Shown: piece after piece, positions 27,601 to 39,429 of the stretch
Layout of the letters: the number at the start of each line of letters is the position of its first letter
Position numbering within the stretch: the stretch's first letter is position 1
Program-made: the position numbers and the translations under genes
Assembly (NCBI GenBank): GCA_000708835.1
Contig: DF237097.1
Span: 107,221 to 171,220 of the forward strand
Length of the DNA: 64,000 bases
Direction of reading: 5' to 3'
Source: Klebsormidium nitens
Taxonomy: Eukaryota > Plantae > Klebsormidiophyceae
The notes under the pieces: generated by a model
Database searches by the model: none
Told to the model about the DNA's origin: nothing
What the model saw: only the letters and a program-made list of their open reading frames with translations

Positions 27601-30600
27601 AAGTCTAACTTTTGATTGAACAGTCTCTGAGAAAGTCTCGGGCCCGTTAAATGCAGGGTCGACATGTCGCAGAGACAGTCTGCAATGCATTGGGTGCAAA
27701 GTTTACGGGTCTCGACGGCCTGATCTTTCCGCCTTTCTGGGGCGTATTGAACACCCCGTCAAAATCAACACGTTGTCCCTGCTTCGAAGGGGCCCGAGAG
27801 TGTTTCTCGATTCGAAGTACGTTCGGGGCTGGTGCCAAAAACGTCTACGCTCGTTCCCATACTTTGATTGGACTGATCCACGGATGCTTCGGACACTTCC
27901 AGGACGCCCGAGTTGGACCAGCACATCGCGCGCCTGGAGACACGTGGCATCGTAGGAGTGAGCCACCACGACCTGCTCTTCAAGGAGGCCGCGGAGGACG
28001 TGCCCATCGTCGCTACCGTCGGCGCCGACACTCTCCGTGCCACGTCAGCACCAGCGCGCCGCCAGGTCAGCCCCCGTGTCTGTATTTGAGAACGCGAGTA
28101 TTGGGCGGAGATAATGACGAGGTAACCGCATTGAGACGGGTAGGGTTTGTTTGGGAGTCTGGGGTGGGTAGGTGGGCGGCGCAGATTCAAATCGGAATTG
28201 GAAATAAATGTTAATGTAGTCGGGGCTTATTATGATCGTGGCTTATTGTTGTCTTAACTCTCGTGCGTGCGCGTGCTGCTGATCTGGCCTATCCACTTTC
28301 GGCTTCTCGTCTTGAGACGAGAGGGGTTGCCAGGCAATGGTGTCGACTTTTTGAAAGTAATCCGTGGATCTGGATATTGAGTGTGAGTTTGACCAAGATC
28401 AGGCCCAAAAATTTCGTGCCACGATATGTAATCTGAAGCCTTCTTTTGTGAAATGGTATCCGAGCGAGTTCCCCGTGCTTCTTATCAGTGCACAACTCCA
28501 GAGGGCGTCTCACACCCTCCATCAGCAATCAGAAGAGAGCACCTACAGCATATGGGGATTCTTCGGGTTCTAGATTCTGGAGAGAAAGTTCTCTCCTGCT
28601 TCTGCTTCTGCATCCAGACAAGCACCGTTGCAAAGAATTGCGCTTTGCCAAACTGTCTAGAGTTTCTCTTTTGCAGGTGGTTGACCTGACTGGCCGCGGA
28701 TCCCGGAAGGGCGGTCTGACTGCGCTCCCGACTGCCCGTGTGGACCTCCTTTCCGAAGCTCACGCCTACCTCAAGTCGGGCGGCGCGTCAACGTCTACAA
28801 CTTTTGGCAGCAGTTCCGCCAATCCCTGGACGGTTCCGGCAGAATCCCCGGAGCGCTCAGAAGAGCGGAAGGCGGCGGAAGCGGAAGTGGCGGCGCGGCA
28901 ACGGGTGGATGGCCTGGCGCAGGAGCTTCGAAAAGCGGAGTGGCTCTTTAAGTCACAGGTAGGTATGAATGATGATGAATTGCGGATATCAAGGCTAACG
29001 AGCCAAGAACTCAGCTTTGAAGTCGCGTCTTTTCTGAACCCCGTAAAGTCAGATGGGTGGGGAAGGTCCTTCTAAACAAAAAGAACTTTGGTTGTCTTGG
29101 CAGAGTCAGGGGTACGAGTTTCCCCAAACATGTTCTGGGTATCGATATTGCGATCAGTGAGTGCATACCCAAGCCAAGCGCACCTTGAGTAGTAATTTGC
29201 GGTCGACGTCGCAAATAGGAAATGATTGAGAGTGTTAGCCGCCGTTCCGAGGAAAATACCATGCATACGAAAGCCAGCAAGCGACCAGGCTTTCAACGAA
29301 GGGAAAAGGCCCCCAGATGTCGTGATGCTGATAACTGCTTGGTTTAAATCCACGTCCGACATAATCTTTTGTTCCTCGTTGAGGCGCAGCCAGTGCCCGA
29401 CGCATTTAAAGTGCCTCGAACCTGCGACAATAAAGTTCTGGATTTCCCAGGGGTGCTTATAAGCCATAATCCCCCGCTTCTGGGGAAGTGGTTGCCCGAC
29501 AAGGGCGAGAAACCAAGCGGAAACCTGCTATCGCCACAACTTCTCCGTTTTGGGCTTCTAGTCGTTCTGAAAGGATCTTTTACTCTCTCGTTTCCAGGCG
29601 CCATCTTTGCCCGACAAGGGCGAGAAGATCAAGCAGAAGATCCGTCGCCTCTCCGACCAGCTGAACGAGGCGCGCGTCGCGGCGACCAAACCCTTAAGCC
29701 CCGAAGCGCCAGCGGCCGCCCAAGCCGCAGCCACCCAACCCTTAAACCCCGAGGCCGAGGAGGCGCGTTCGGGCGGCAGCGCTTCCATAGCGGCAGCCCC
29801 CGTTACGATCGCCGAGGCTGAGCTCTCGGCCGAAACTGGAAGAGCAAGACATGAGAAGGGTTTGAATGTTTCTTCGGAAGAGGCAGATTCCAAATGCTTT
29901 CGAAAGCCCGGAGGTTCTAGTCCCAGTTCTGCTCTAGAGGAGCGGCAGTTTCCGGCGGTGAGCAAACCCTCGGCGATTGGTGAAACCCGGGTTTTGAACA
30001 CCTCCCCTGATCTGGTAAACGGGGCTCCGGGGCCGGAGAGAGAGGCTCTCGGGGACTCAGGTTGGGGGAGGGTACCGGCGAGGGAGGGGCTAGCTTCGCA
30101 GGCAGGCGGAGGGCTCGGAAAGATTCCCCAAGCTGTGGATGCAGCAACTGTGCCGCTGCAGACTGCTGACGTCATACAGAGCCTCGAGTCAGCTCGGTTT
30201 GGGAACGCGCGGACCGTTTTCGGTGGACAGATGGGAGCCGTGCATGCTGCGAATGACGTTAGGGGGTCCGGTTTCGCAACCGATTTTGGGAGCTCTGCGC
30301 TTGGGCGACCTTCGGTACAGAACCAAGCGAGAACGGTCGCCCTTACCGGGCAGCCTGCAGGAAGGTCAGTCGGTGCCCCGGTTGAAGAAGAGGGAGGCAC
30401 AGACCCTGAAAGATCTCCGGCAGACGCGAAATATTCAAGCGGCGCCAAACCAGCAGAAACGGCAGCTTCGAGCGGACACAAGCACTCTGCCGCGCCGGTT
30501 GGTAAGTCTGCACAAGACCGGCCAGGTGACGTCAGCAGGTTAAAGGTGTCCGAGGTCGAAAACGACGTTGAGCAAAAGACCGATGGGCGGTTTGGGGTGG

Positions 30601-30800
30601 CGTTCGGGACGCCGGCTCGGGTGGGAAGTGTCTCGGCGCCTCAGTCCGAACTGAAGCTCAGGGCTTCTTTGAGGAAGAGGCGGGAGGAGAGAGGCGCTCT
30701 GGAGGACAGCCCAACGGGCGGGATGCCTTCGTTCGACCTGGGTTTGGATGACTTGGACGAGGTTGCTGACAAGTTGGGATCGTTGTCGGTGGTTTCGTGA
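18640..30800 (+). CDS. CHR24: SNF2-family ATPase, CHROMATIN REMODELING 24 / ERCC6L(PICH)-like
   Basis: 15 exons: 18640-19197, 19596-20268, 20643-20790, 21164-21362, 21635-21742, 22302-22448, 22795-23073, 23738-24046, 24551-24634, 24970-25088, 25829-26009, 27097-27191, 27903-28065, 28677-28958, 29598-30800. Motifs: [105 protein letters not shown], and C-terminal LPDKGEKI as in plant CHR24. Confidence 0.9.
23462..23682 (+). repeat. Three decayed copies of acceptor/start of CHR24 exon 23738
   Basis: cgttccgcccag|GTCCATAAGGAGATCTGCGACC (23479), cgttccgctcag|GTCCTCAGGGAGGTCTATGACC (23560) and remnant AAGATCTGCGGCC...CGAGCACGG (~23645) versus cgttccgcccag|GTCCTCAAAAAGATCTGCGACC. Confidence 0.9.
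25575..26566 (+). repeat. Duplications flanking both ends of CHR24 exon 25829-26009
   Basis: Upstream ~160-bp copy with ttgcag|CGTGGACAACCAAAGCGTGGACCG (25662). Downstream copies of AAGATGTTCAACGAGAAC|gtgaggacgcgc plus ~200 bp of intron at ~26297-26520, and AAGATGTTCAACGAGAAT|gtgggt at ~26545. Confidence 0.92.
28109..28237 (+). repeat. Diverged dispersed repeat, copy A (CHR24 intron); copy B at 31416-31548
   Basis: Shared blocks agataat....gtaaccgcat..gac.ggta and tagtcgg(g/a)gcttatt..gat, spaced ~95-99 nt apart in both copies; cgtgcgcgtgc lies next to both. Confidence 0.55.
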
Positions 30801-32204
30801 CAGTCGTGGTGGACACTAGACATTAAATGCGAGGAGTTGCCTCAGCGACGGCTATAATATTTGACGAAGTTGCTCGCTTCAATGAAAGTTGCTTCAGCGT
30901 CCCCTATGTTGTTTGACGAGATTGCACGGAAAATCCTTCCTAAGATGTTGTCTCTTTCGTCGCCTGGTAGTTCGGTGCCATCGATCGAAATATCAGCACC
31001 TGCTTGACTTGTCTGTCAAATTGCTATCATTTGCTCTCATTCACTTATCATGCAAGCAGCAAGATTCGGCTCATCTTTGGGGCGGATGAGCCGCTACCAA
31101 CATGAACGTAGGTCGTTTTCTAGTACAAGGTATCAAATCATGCACGCAGTTGGCCGAACGGCCCGTTCGACGATGTTATCAATAAAGCTTACAATTGGTC
31201 GAGCTGAGGTCTGAATTTGAGCCATGGTTGGACCAGACTTGCGACGTGCGGAAGCGTCGATCAGATGAAGTACGTGTGTCTTGAAGCAGTGCCAGATTCA
31301 CATCGCGGCTTAATATTATATCGCGTGCGCGTGCCTGGCGTAGCTGCCTGCTGCGATAGCGTGCACCGTATCGGCCCTTCCGAGTCACTCACATGAGATT
31401 GAATTTTCTCAAGAAAGATAATAATCAAGTAACCGCATCGGGACAGGTATAGAGTTTAGGATACTTTGGTGGGTGTATATGGGTACGTGGGAGGACCGGT
31501 ATCTATTTGGGTTAGGGTTTGTAGTGTTAGTCGGAGCTTATTGATATCTTTCTTGCCAGGTTGAGAAATTATAACCTATTTATGAGGACTCGTGCGGATA
31601 TATATCGACTCCGAAGATTATACCGCGGGCCAGCCTGAGGCTGCTTAATATTATTATAACGGCATTCAATCGCGCGACAGTCGTGCGCCGCGCGGCGCCT
31701 GCCAGGGTTTCGTTTAGGTGGCCAGTAATTATTTTCAGAAGGTTTAGAGTTGGCCCAATTTCTGGCGTCATGCATTAAGTAGACGACCGTGCTAATCATA
31801 GGGCTTGACGTACTTTGTCGTCACGCCGCTGCTGCCAGGCTGGAAATGTGCGACTTCGAGCAAGCGACGGAGCCCCTCCATTGGTTAGGCTAGATTCCGC
31901 AAACGGTGGTGCTCGTGGCAGGATGATTTTATATTTTCCCACTGCATTTTATGAACCGATGCCACAAATATTCGATATCTCGCCCGGGTGACTGTGGCTC
32001 GGCGGTGGTACTTGCAAAGTCTAGTGTCATCTTCGTTGCCCGGATGCCTTTGTATTTCAGCTCTAGAAAGTGACGGGGGCCGCTGCAACAGCTACCACTA
32101 GACTGCTCGGGGAGCAACACATTCGCCCCATGCAAAGGATCACGGGTGCTCATCGGCTCGTCGCCTAGGGGATCCCGGGTGGGAGTGAGTCTAGCTCGGC
32201 GGTT

Positions 32205-32452
32205 GTTCCGTACAATCGCAACCGCCCGATATAGTGGTACCCACAGCCATACCCACGATTAGGTACCTACCTCGGTGCCAAGTTGCCAACCGGGAGAACC
32301 AGTAGTCAACTGCTAACAGGCATTCCTCCCCGGGGCGTCGCAGGTACCTACTATAAATAAGGTACCTAGGACCTCCTAGGTGGCTAAAGGTACGGGTGCA
32401 CGTGGGCTCGCGAGTCGCGAATCGCGAGTCGCTGGTCGAGCAACCGGGTACA
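32205..32452 (+). promoter_or_regulatory. GTAC-rich upstream region of the PLAC8 gene with a TATA-like element
   Basis: About 7 GTAC cores in ~250 bp, including AGGTACCTAC at ~32262 and ~32342; ctataaata at ~32351, ~410 bp before the ATG. Confidence 0.4.
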
Positions 32453-32762
32453 GGCCGGAGCTAGGCTCAGGCTAGCCTTGCAATTTACCGGTCTCCGAGT
32501 AGGTGCACCGACGGGGAACGGCATCGGCAGAGCACTTCGAAGTTTGCGGCCGTTGACTAGCGCATGCCGCACTGCAGTCGAACTTGGGTGGAGGGGACGG
32601 TGTCGCGGTTCTCTATCCTGGTATTTCCAGCCGTAGCTCCATTCCAGAGCAGCTCAGTTGAGGAATCTCTTTGTGTCTTTCAAGTCTTTGTCAAAAGTCA
32701 GGTGAACGCCACACTTCTCTCCGCTCCGCCCATCCGCTCCGCCGATCCACTCGCCTTTCACA

Positions 32763-35700
32763 ATGGCCGCCCCCGCCGCCACCACCGCTCACGTCGACAA
32801 CGGCATACCGCAGGCCATTCCCGTGGCGACACCTGTCGACCCCATGAAGGTGGCGGCACCTCCAAGCGGGGGGGATAAGAATGCGGCCCTCAAGGAGGGG
32901 CTTGTGCAGGTAAGAGCAGTTTCCCCCTAGCGCAAATACTGTATCTTGGTTCGTCTTGCTTTGACCTGTAATTTGGGAAGGACGAAGTGGGGGGGATAAA
33001 GGTGTGAGCTTGAAGGGGAGCTAGAGCAGGTTGAGAAATCTGTAATGAGTGCTCAGCTCTGCTGTTTTGCTATCGAATTCTAGCTGAAACATCGCTTACA
33101 GACTCGGTCTGAAAGCTTGGAGTGCGACGCAACAGCAATCCGAGACTGTCATTGGAGTCTATTGAAGTGCCGTGCTATTCAGGAAGTACTCGATAGCTAA
33201 GACCCTCTGCAAATTGGCAATACATTGAGTGATGCCTCAACTGCAAGTCTGATGCAGGCTACACTATCGATGTTGCTTTTCTGTCCTTGCTGGTTTAGTT
33301 GTTATCCTTGGCTGGTTTGTAAGCTCAAAGCCACAGTTGAGCGCTGAGCGCAGTTCAGGCAAGACAGAGCAGAAAGCTGAATGTCCTTCTTGCATTGTTA
33401 TAGGCTAGCTGTACAAGACGCGCAACTAACGTTCCTTACATTCAAGACCCTCTTGATTTTCCTTCCTCATTGTGCGACTCCTGCGGACCATTGCTAGGCA
33501 TCATGCCAAGCTGGTTTGCGTTCCTCAATTTCCGTCTATTCTGACCTGCCCCTCAAAGCTTGTCTGCTTCTCTTTAGTTGAGAGCCTATCTAAACTAGTG
33601 AAGGTAAGGATAGCTTGTGGAGCTTCACGAGGAAACTTTCTTGCTGGCAGCATTGTTGTTCTCAATCCCACTCATTGCACATACACAAGGACTTTACCAT
33701 ACGACTCGCATGCTGAAACACTGCGAATAGAAAAGGCACTTGAGAAATGGTCAGAGTGACTGAACAAAGTCAGTGCTTCAGTACAAGGGTAAAAGTACTG
33801 GACACTGAAGTTATTGCAGCTCTCTACCAAGAATAGCTGTCAAGAGCTCCGCGGTCGTTGATAATCTGAGAGAACCTGTGCTCAATGCCACAGAATTGTA
33901 AACAGCTGAGCTCAAACCTTACCAAGTTACCACCCTCTTTTTACCGCTCGCAAAGAACTCCAAAGAGTGCCGAAAGGAACAAAGAGTGCCTCTGCCCCTT
34001 TTGCAAAGGACAACCCAAAAGACAGTAGCAAGCTGAGAAAGTGGCAACTTGGATTTGTGTTCTGGAAAGTGTTTGTCCCATCTTTCTCCGCTTCCTCTTC
34101 TCCTTGTGTCCATTCTCAGCCCAGCAGCCACTTTGGCAACGCACTTTTGTTACAGTTCCAGCTGAAATTACTCAAGTTACGACTATGTTTATCTAACATG
34201 GTTCCTCACATGACATTTCTCACTGCTGACTATAGTAGTCTTTTTCCTGTGCATTGTCACCAGCTTAGCACGGGCGTCTCTATCGCCATTCTTGAGTGGC
34301 CACCCTAAACTTCACTCTGAAAGTCCCCAGCGCTATAAAGCAAGCGGACCCCACTTTTCTACTCAATCTTCCTGCTCTCCGCTTGCCCCACTGCCCTCTC
34401 CATTGCAAACCAGAGAACCAGGTGCTAGATTACTAAAAGCAGCCAAAACGGATTTTCACCTGGTTCTGTCAAACTCAGCCCGTCTCTCAAATCTCCCCCT
34501 CCCTTTGACCCTCTGTAACATAGATAAGAGACATCCACTTTTCCAAGCCAACGGTTCTCTCCCCCCTCCGCGGTGTTTTGCAGCCAAAGAAACTTTCATC
34601 AAAGTCAGCCCTAACAATCCTTTGGAATGTAAACAATCTCTGTGCAGGTCCATCAAGCTAACCCCGCTCTCCCCTCTCCCCTCTCCGCCGCGCTTCATCA
34701 AAGTCAGCCCTCTAAATAAGCCTGTGGAAAGTAATCAATCTCTGTCCACATCCATCAAGCTAACGCCCCTCCCTCCTCTCCGCCGCGCGCAGTTCGTCGC
34801 CCCAGAGCCCCAGAAGTTTGGCGACATTGGCAGGGACATTGGTCCAGCCATCGAGGGCTCCATTGATGTCCTCAAGAACCTGGGCAATGGCGCTTCCACC
34901 GGCACCAAGCCATGGGGGACCGAGTTCTTCGCCTTCTGGGAGAACCCGATGATCTGTGAGTTTGCGTGCCATTTGTGCTTCTGCTTCTGAAAGGCTGCAC
35001 GCCTTGTGTGCTTGTGGACTTCGGTCTCGCCACCTTGAAAGTCCACCCGCCATTTCTGACTGGTGCTAATTTCCGCTCGAAGTCTCGCTTTGAGTCACAG
35101 AGAATGGGGACAATATTACCCTCCATGTTGACGTTGTTTTGTCAACCAGCTCAGATATCTGAATTAGTGCAGCCCCCCAACTCGCGTAACACCTAAGCTG
35201 CCCCTTGGTCACCACGTACTAACCCAAATCAAACAAGACAAACCTTCGTTAACCAGGTTCGTCCAGTTATGTTCCCGGAGGCCTGTTGACCGGCTGCTTC
35301 CCCTTTGCATGTGCCTCGCGCTTGGTGGCGTTTTGTGTCGGGCCAGTCGTGCTCTCAAATCCCCTGACCCTGTCATTAACCGTAAACTTTAATCCTTGAC
35401 CTAACCCCAAAACGAATGTATTTCAGGCCTGTGGACCTGCTGCTGCCCGTGCATCATCGCCTCCCGCGCGATGGCGTTCGTGTCGGGCCAGTCGTGCGAG
35501 AGCCACTGCCTGCAGGGCTGCATCGCCAACGCCATCTGCCTCGGCCCCTGCTACTTCACGCACCAGCGCAGCATGCTGCGCAAGAAGTACGACCTCGAGG
35601 TGCGGCCCTAACCCCGCCCTTAGCCTTGTGTTAACCCAAAAGTGCTACTGTGAATCATCCACACGCCGGTCAGCGCAGCATATGCTGCGCAAAAGTCGAT

Positions 35701-36710
35701 TTGGAGGTGTGGCGCTGACCCTGCCCTTAAACTTGTTAACCAAACATTCCAAGGTTATTCGAACCAGCATGCTGCGCACGGAGTACGACCTGGAGGTGCG
35801 GCGCTAAACCTGCTCTTAACCTTGTGGGAAGTCACAAATGCTATTAGAATATCCACGCACCAGCTGTTTCGCCTCTGGGAGCCCCCTCAGCGGGGTTGCT
35901 GAGAACAGGGTGACGTGGTCATCCATCCTTGAGCCACTCCAACCGGCCACCTCACTTCTGCAAGGCTTGGAATTCTCTAGGTTCTATCGACCGGAACATA
36001 TGTTTCGCCTTCTTCATTCAGGGTTAAGCTAACCGTCTGTGCTGACCCTCCAGGGCTCGAACCAGCTGGACTGCATCCTGGCGTGCTGCTGCGGCGGCTG
36101 CCTGTTCTGCCAACAGGCCAGGTGGCTCAACAAGAACGCAGGATTCGTAAGCAAATCTTCCGAAATCCTTCCTTAAACCGTCCTTGGTCCGGTTTGGCTC
36201 CGGCAAAAACATTGGGTTCAGGCCACTTGGCCAGTACAATGAGCGCACAGATAAGACGGCACGCCCGTTTCAAATATTAGTGTGCCGAACCGTAGGTCGA
36301 CGTGCCGACTGAGATTCTGATCGTCACGCTGTCGGCGTTGATGTTTGACGTCCGTCGTATGGAGTCCCAATTCAGGGTCGAGCGTGCTGCATTTCTGGTT
36401 GAACGGTGCAAAGCTCGAAGTCGGCGTCAAAAGCGCGCTTGAGTTTCTGATGAGACGTCTAAAATCACCGAGTTGAATCTTCAACATCTACGATGCCGTC
36501 TCAACTGAGAAATGCTGTTGTGGCACTCAGAAATTTACCGACTTGAAAGGCTGCTCCTAATAAGGAACCGGAAAGCCTTCTGAGTCTGTGGACGCTTTCC
36601 CAGAAGCAAGTGCACCTTGCAATCGCCACCAATGCTGTGCACCTTGCAATCGCCACCAATGCTGTTTCCCAACACCCATTTCTTTCTTGCAGGCTGTGCC
36701 CCTCGCGTAA
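32763..36710 (+). CDS. PLAC8 / plant cadmium resistance (PCR)/FWL-like Cys-rich protein
   Basis: Exons 32763-32909, 34793-34955, 35427-35599, 36054-36146, 36693-36710. Motifs: PWGTEFFAFWENPMICLWTCCCPC, RSMLRKKYDLEG..DCILACCCGGCLFCQQAR, matching the PLAC8 CxxxxxCPC and RxKYxLxG...DC...CCxxCxxCQ signatures. Confidence 0.88.
34595..35826 (+). repeat. Duplications at the PLAC8 exon-2 acceptor and exon-3 donor
   Basis: ~100-bp tandem unit 34595-34693/34694-34792 (branch-like ctaac + pyrimidine tract; the first copy lacks AG). Exon-3 3' end + donor copied at 35671-35741 and 35763-35826 (CAGCATGCTGCGCACGGAGTACGACCTGGAG|gtgcggcgctaaacc). Confidence 0.88.
36611..36664. repeat. 27-bp perfect tandem duplication in the last PLAC8 intron
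   Basis: tgcaccttgcaatcgccaccaatgctg x2. Confidence 0.9.
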
Positions 36711-37774
36711 GGCAGCGAAACCAGAGGGCACGTGGCATCACCTGCGGAGTAAAGCTAGGAGAGCGAGGAGCAGGGTTCGGGCTGAGCCAGCAGGCGCGAG
36801 CACGTTTAGTACGTCCGGGAAGGTTACATGCGTTAGTACGTCCGGAGAGGTTACGTGTAGATGACGTAAATCTACTTACTGAGTCAGGTCGAGGTCGGCC
36901 CAGCTACTTATATTGCTTCGTAAAGATGAGGAATGATTATGCTACTTATTTTCATGATGAGACGTGTGTTCGTTAGTGAGCGCTTGGGTAGAGCTAGCTG
37001 GATGTAGTCAAAAAGGCGCTTCTATTTATGAAGTTTGTTCGTAAGGAGTGGGGTAAATGAGGTCGCCCACTGATCGAGCTTGGGATAGTCAGAACTTAGG
37101 ATTTTAGGGCATTACAGAATATCAGGCCTTAAGTTGCTTGCAGAGGATTCTAAATGTAAGTGCGTTCTAGCTTTCTTTTCTTAGATGTTGTTTCCAGCTA
37201 AGGTCTAGGGTGAACTTACTGATGGAGCAACAGTTCAAGACTTGAACAAACCATCGAACGTTGACAGTTCTTCGACTGGGGAATGATATGCGAATTTAGA
37301 CAAGAATTGGCGCTTAAAGCTTGGAAACTTGTGCGCACAGTCTTGAGACTGATAGCTTGGAACTCGACGTGGCAGTGTTCATCTTGGATCACCATCTACT
37401 ATTGGACGCTGCATTCTTGCGCAATGTCGGTCGCATTCAAGTACAGTGACCAGAAATATTGTGCACAGAAGAGAAGGGGGAGCTAATTAGTCGCCCACCG
37501 CTCTCAGAAGTCGAAGGCATCCGTTTTCGGTGCCCAACCAACCGCAAACGGACCACGTACCGTACCGTACCTTTCCTTCCACGTGACCTGCTTGGGGCTC
37601 CGCCCAAAACACAACTTGATACGGCCGGTCCTGCAGGGTTGCGGTATATTCACGAATCACAACAGTATCCTGACAAGGTCGTATTTGTATTATTCAAGCA
37701 TGCAATGGTCTTGACGTGCTTGATGTAACTCAGGCTCTGCCAATCACAGTCACTGGTGCAAGTAGGACAAAGTA

Positions 37775-38523
37775 CACTATTATATTAGTGTCTCCGGAAA
37801 TTCTTCTGTGTTAACACCCTCCCGTGCCGCGACCNNNNNNNNNNNNNNNNNNNNNNNNNNNNNNNNNNNNNNNNNNNNNNNNNNNNNNNNNNNNNNNNNN
37901 NNNNNNNNNNNNNNNNNNNNNNNNNNNNNNNNNNNNNNNNNNNNNNNNNNNNNNNNNNNNNNNNNNNNNNNNNNNNNNNNNNNNNNNNNNNNNNNNNNNN
38001 NNNNNNNNNNNNNNNNNNNNNNNNNNNNNNNNNNNNNNNNNNNNNNNNNNNNNNNNNNNNNNNNNNNNNNNNNNNNNNNNNNNNNNNNNNNNNNNNNNNN
38101 NNNNNNNNNNNNNNNNNNNNNNNNNNNNNNNNNNNNNNNNNNNNNNNNNNNNNNNNNNNNNNNNNNNNNNNNNNNNNNNNNNNNNNNNNNNNNNNNNNNN
38201 NNNNNNNNNNNNNNNNNNNNNNNNNNNNNNNNNNNNNNNNNNNNNNNNNNNNNNNNNNNNNNNNNNNNNNNNNNNNNNNNNNNNNNNNNNNNNNNNNNNN
38301 NNNNNNNNNNNNNNNNNNNNNNNNNNNNNNNAGAGTTCCCCGGGAAGTAGCTCGGTACCATGCCGGTACCCGGTCAAAGAGGACCGGATTCCCGCATCCA
38401 AGCAAACAGATCACTATGACACATGTCAGAGCATGTCAGACCATTAACCAATGCCTGCACAGATTGACGCCCTGTGCGAGTATTTACTCTGACAGATCGC
38501 CCGGAGACACTAATATAATAGTG
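37775..38523. mobile_element. Putative non-autonomous DNA transposon (MITE-like) with 23-bp TIRs and TA flanks; interior mostly unsequenced
   Basis: TA|CACTATTATATTAGTGTCTCCGG (37775-37797) and CCGGAGACACTAATATAATAGTG|TA (38501-38523) are exact reverse complements; imperfect complementarity extends ~8 bp further (ggacaa/ttgtcc). Confidence 0.62.
37835..38331. other. Assembly gap (497 N)
   Basis: Run of n characters; ORF-track entries spanning it are artefacts. Confidence 1.
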
Positions 38524-39429
38524 TAGATTGTCCCTTTTGCGTCACTGGTCAGGGTTCGGGGCTCCGGAGTCAACAAAACTCAACTTGGAGTACGGGATTC
38601 TGGAGGTCTGTGGGTGACGTCATCAGATTCGGGGCAAATTATTAGCTCAGAATTTTCGAGTTCGCCCGGTTTCCGGAAACGCCCGAAGTCGACCCGGGCA
38701 CCAGTACCGACGAAGTCGCAGTCCGGAGGTTGGTTCCGAACAGCGACCGGGGCTTCGGGGCCGCGCACAAGCTGTTCGGCCCGCCGCCCACGTCACTCGG
38801 TCAGTAGCAGTAGGTACTAGACTACCGGTAACCGTAGTAGTTACTAGTCACGTAGCCGCGAGTGGCAGACTGCGGACGGAATCTAGGCTGCGCACGCGCA
38901 GTGTGCAATCTTAGATGTGACCGTCCTATGACTCTGCAGAGTTGACCTATATTACCTTCCTCCGCGGAGCATCTATGGAGTCTGCTTGCCTTGCATTGTA
39001 ATTTGTGCGGCTCTGGAGTCTGGATACGACGGAACCTACTCTAGTACCACCTCGTAGATTAGTTCCATGATCTTCCATCATTTAAGGATTCATCATTCAA
39101 GGTGACCTCAGATCTGACGCAAAGGCCAGTAATGACTGTAATCCCGAAAATGAGTCTTGACTCTCAGCAGCTAGTCACGGCCGGGGCGATGCAAGGCTCA
39201 TGTAGGTGTCCAGACTCCAGAACCCTTCCATTAATTCAAAATTGGATACCTACTAGTACGAAACTTGAACCTGTGAGAGCTCTAGGACCTAGGAGTTTGA
39301 AGCGGCGCTTAACAGTTCATTTGGGATCTTGACCTTTCGTGCAGATTTCTTTCCAGGCACTGCGCGCAGCAGCTTCTCCAAGCTGCCCTTCGCTTCTAGG
39401 ATTCGAGTAATTATAATCTGGCAACAAGA

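Noticed and set aside
28968-29038. C/D snoRNA-like ATGATGA...CTGA in a CHR24 intron
   Set aside because: It lies 10 nt from the donor, with no terminal stem and no identifiable guide target; compatible with chance.
29558-30481. 307-aa minus-strand ORF, and similar long antisense ORFs over CHR24 and BRM exons (e.g. 19832-20380, 45821-46666)
   Set aside because: Shadow ORFs opposite GC-rich coding exons, with no motifs of their own.
37780-38447. ORFs of 180-209 aa in the ORF track
   Set aside because: Artefacts of translating through the N gap.
37775-38523. CACTA-superfamily assignment of the TIR element
   Set aside because: The 3-bp flanks (gta/tag) do not form the expected target-site duplication; the TA duplication fits better.
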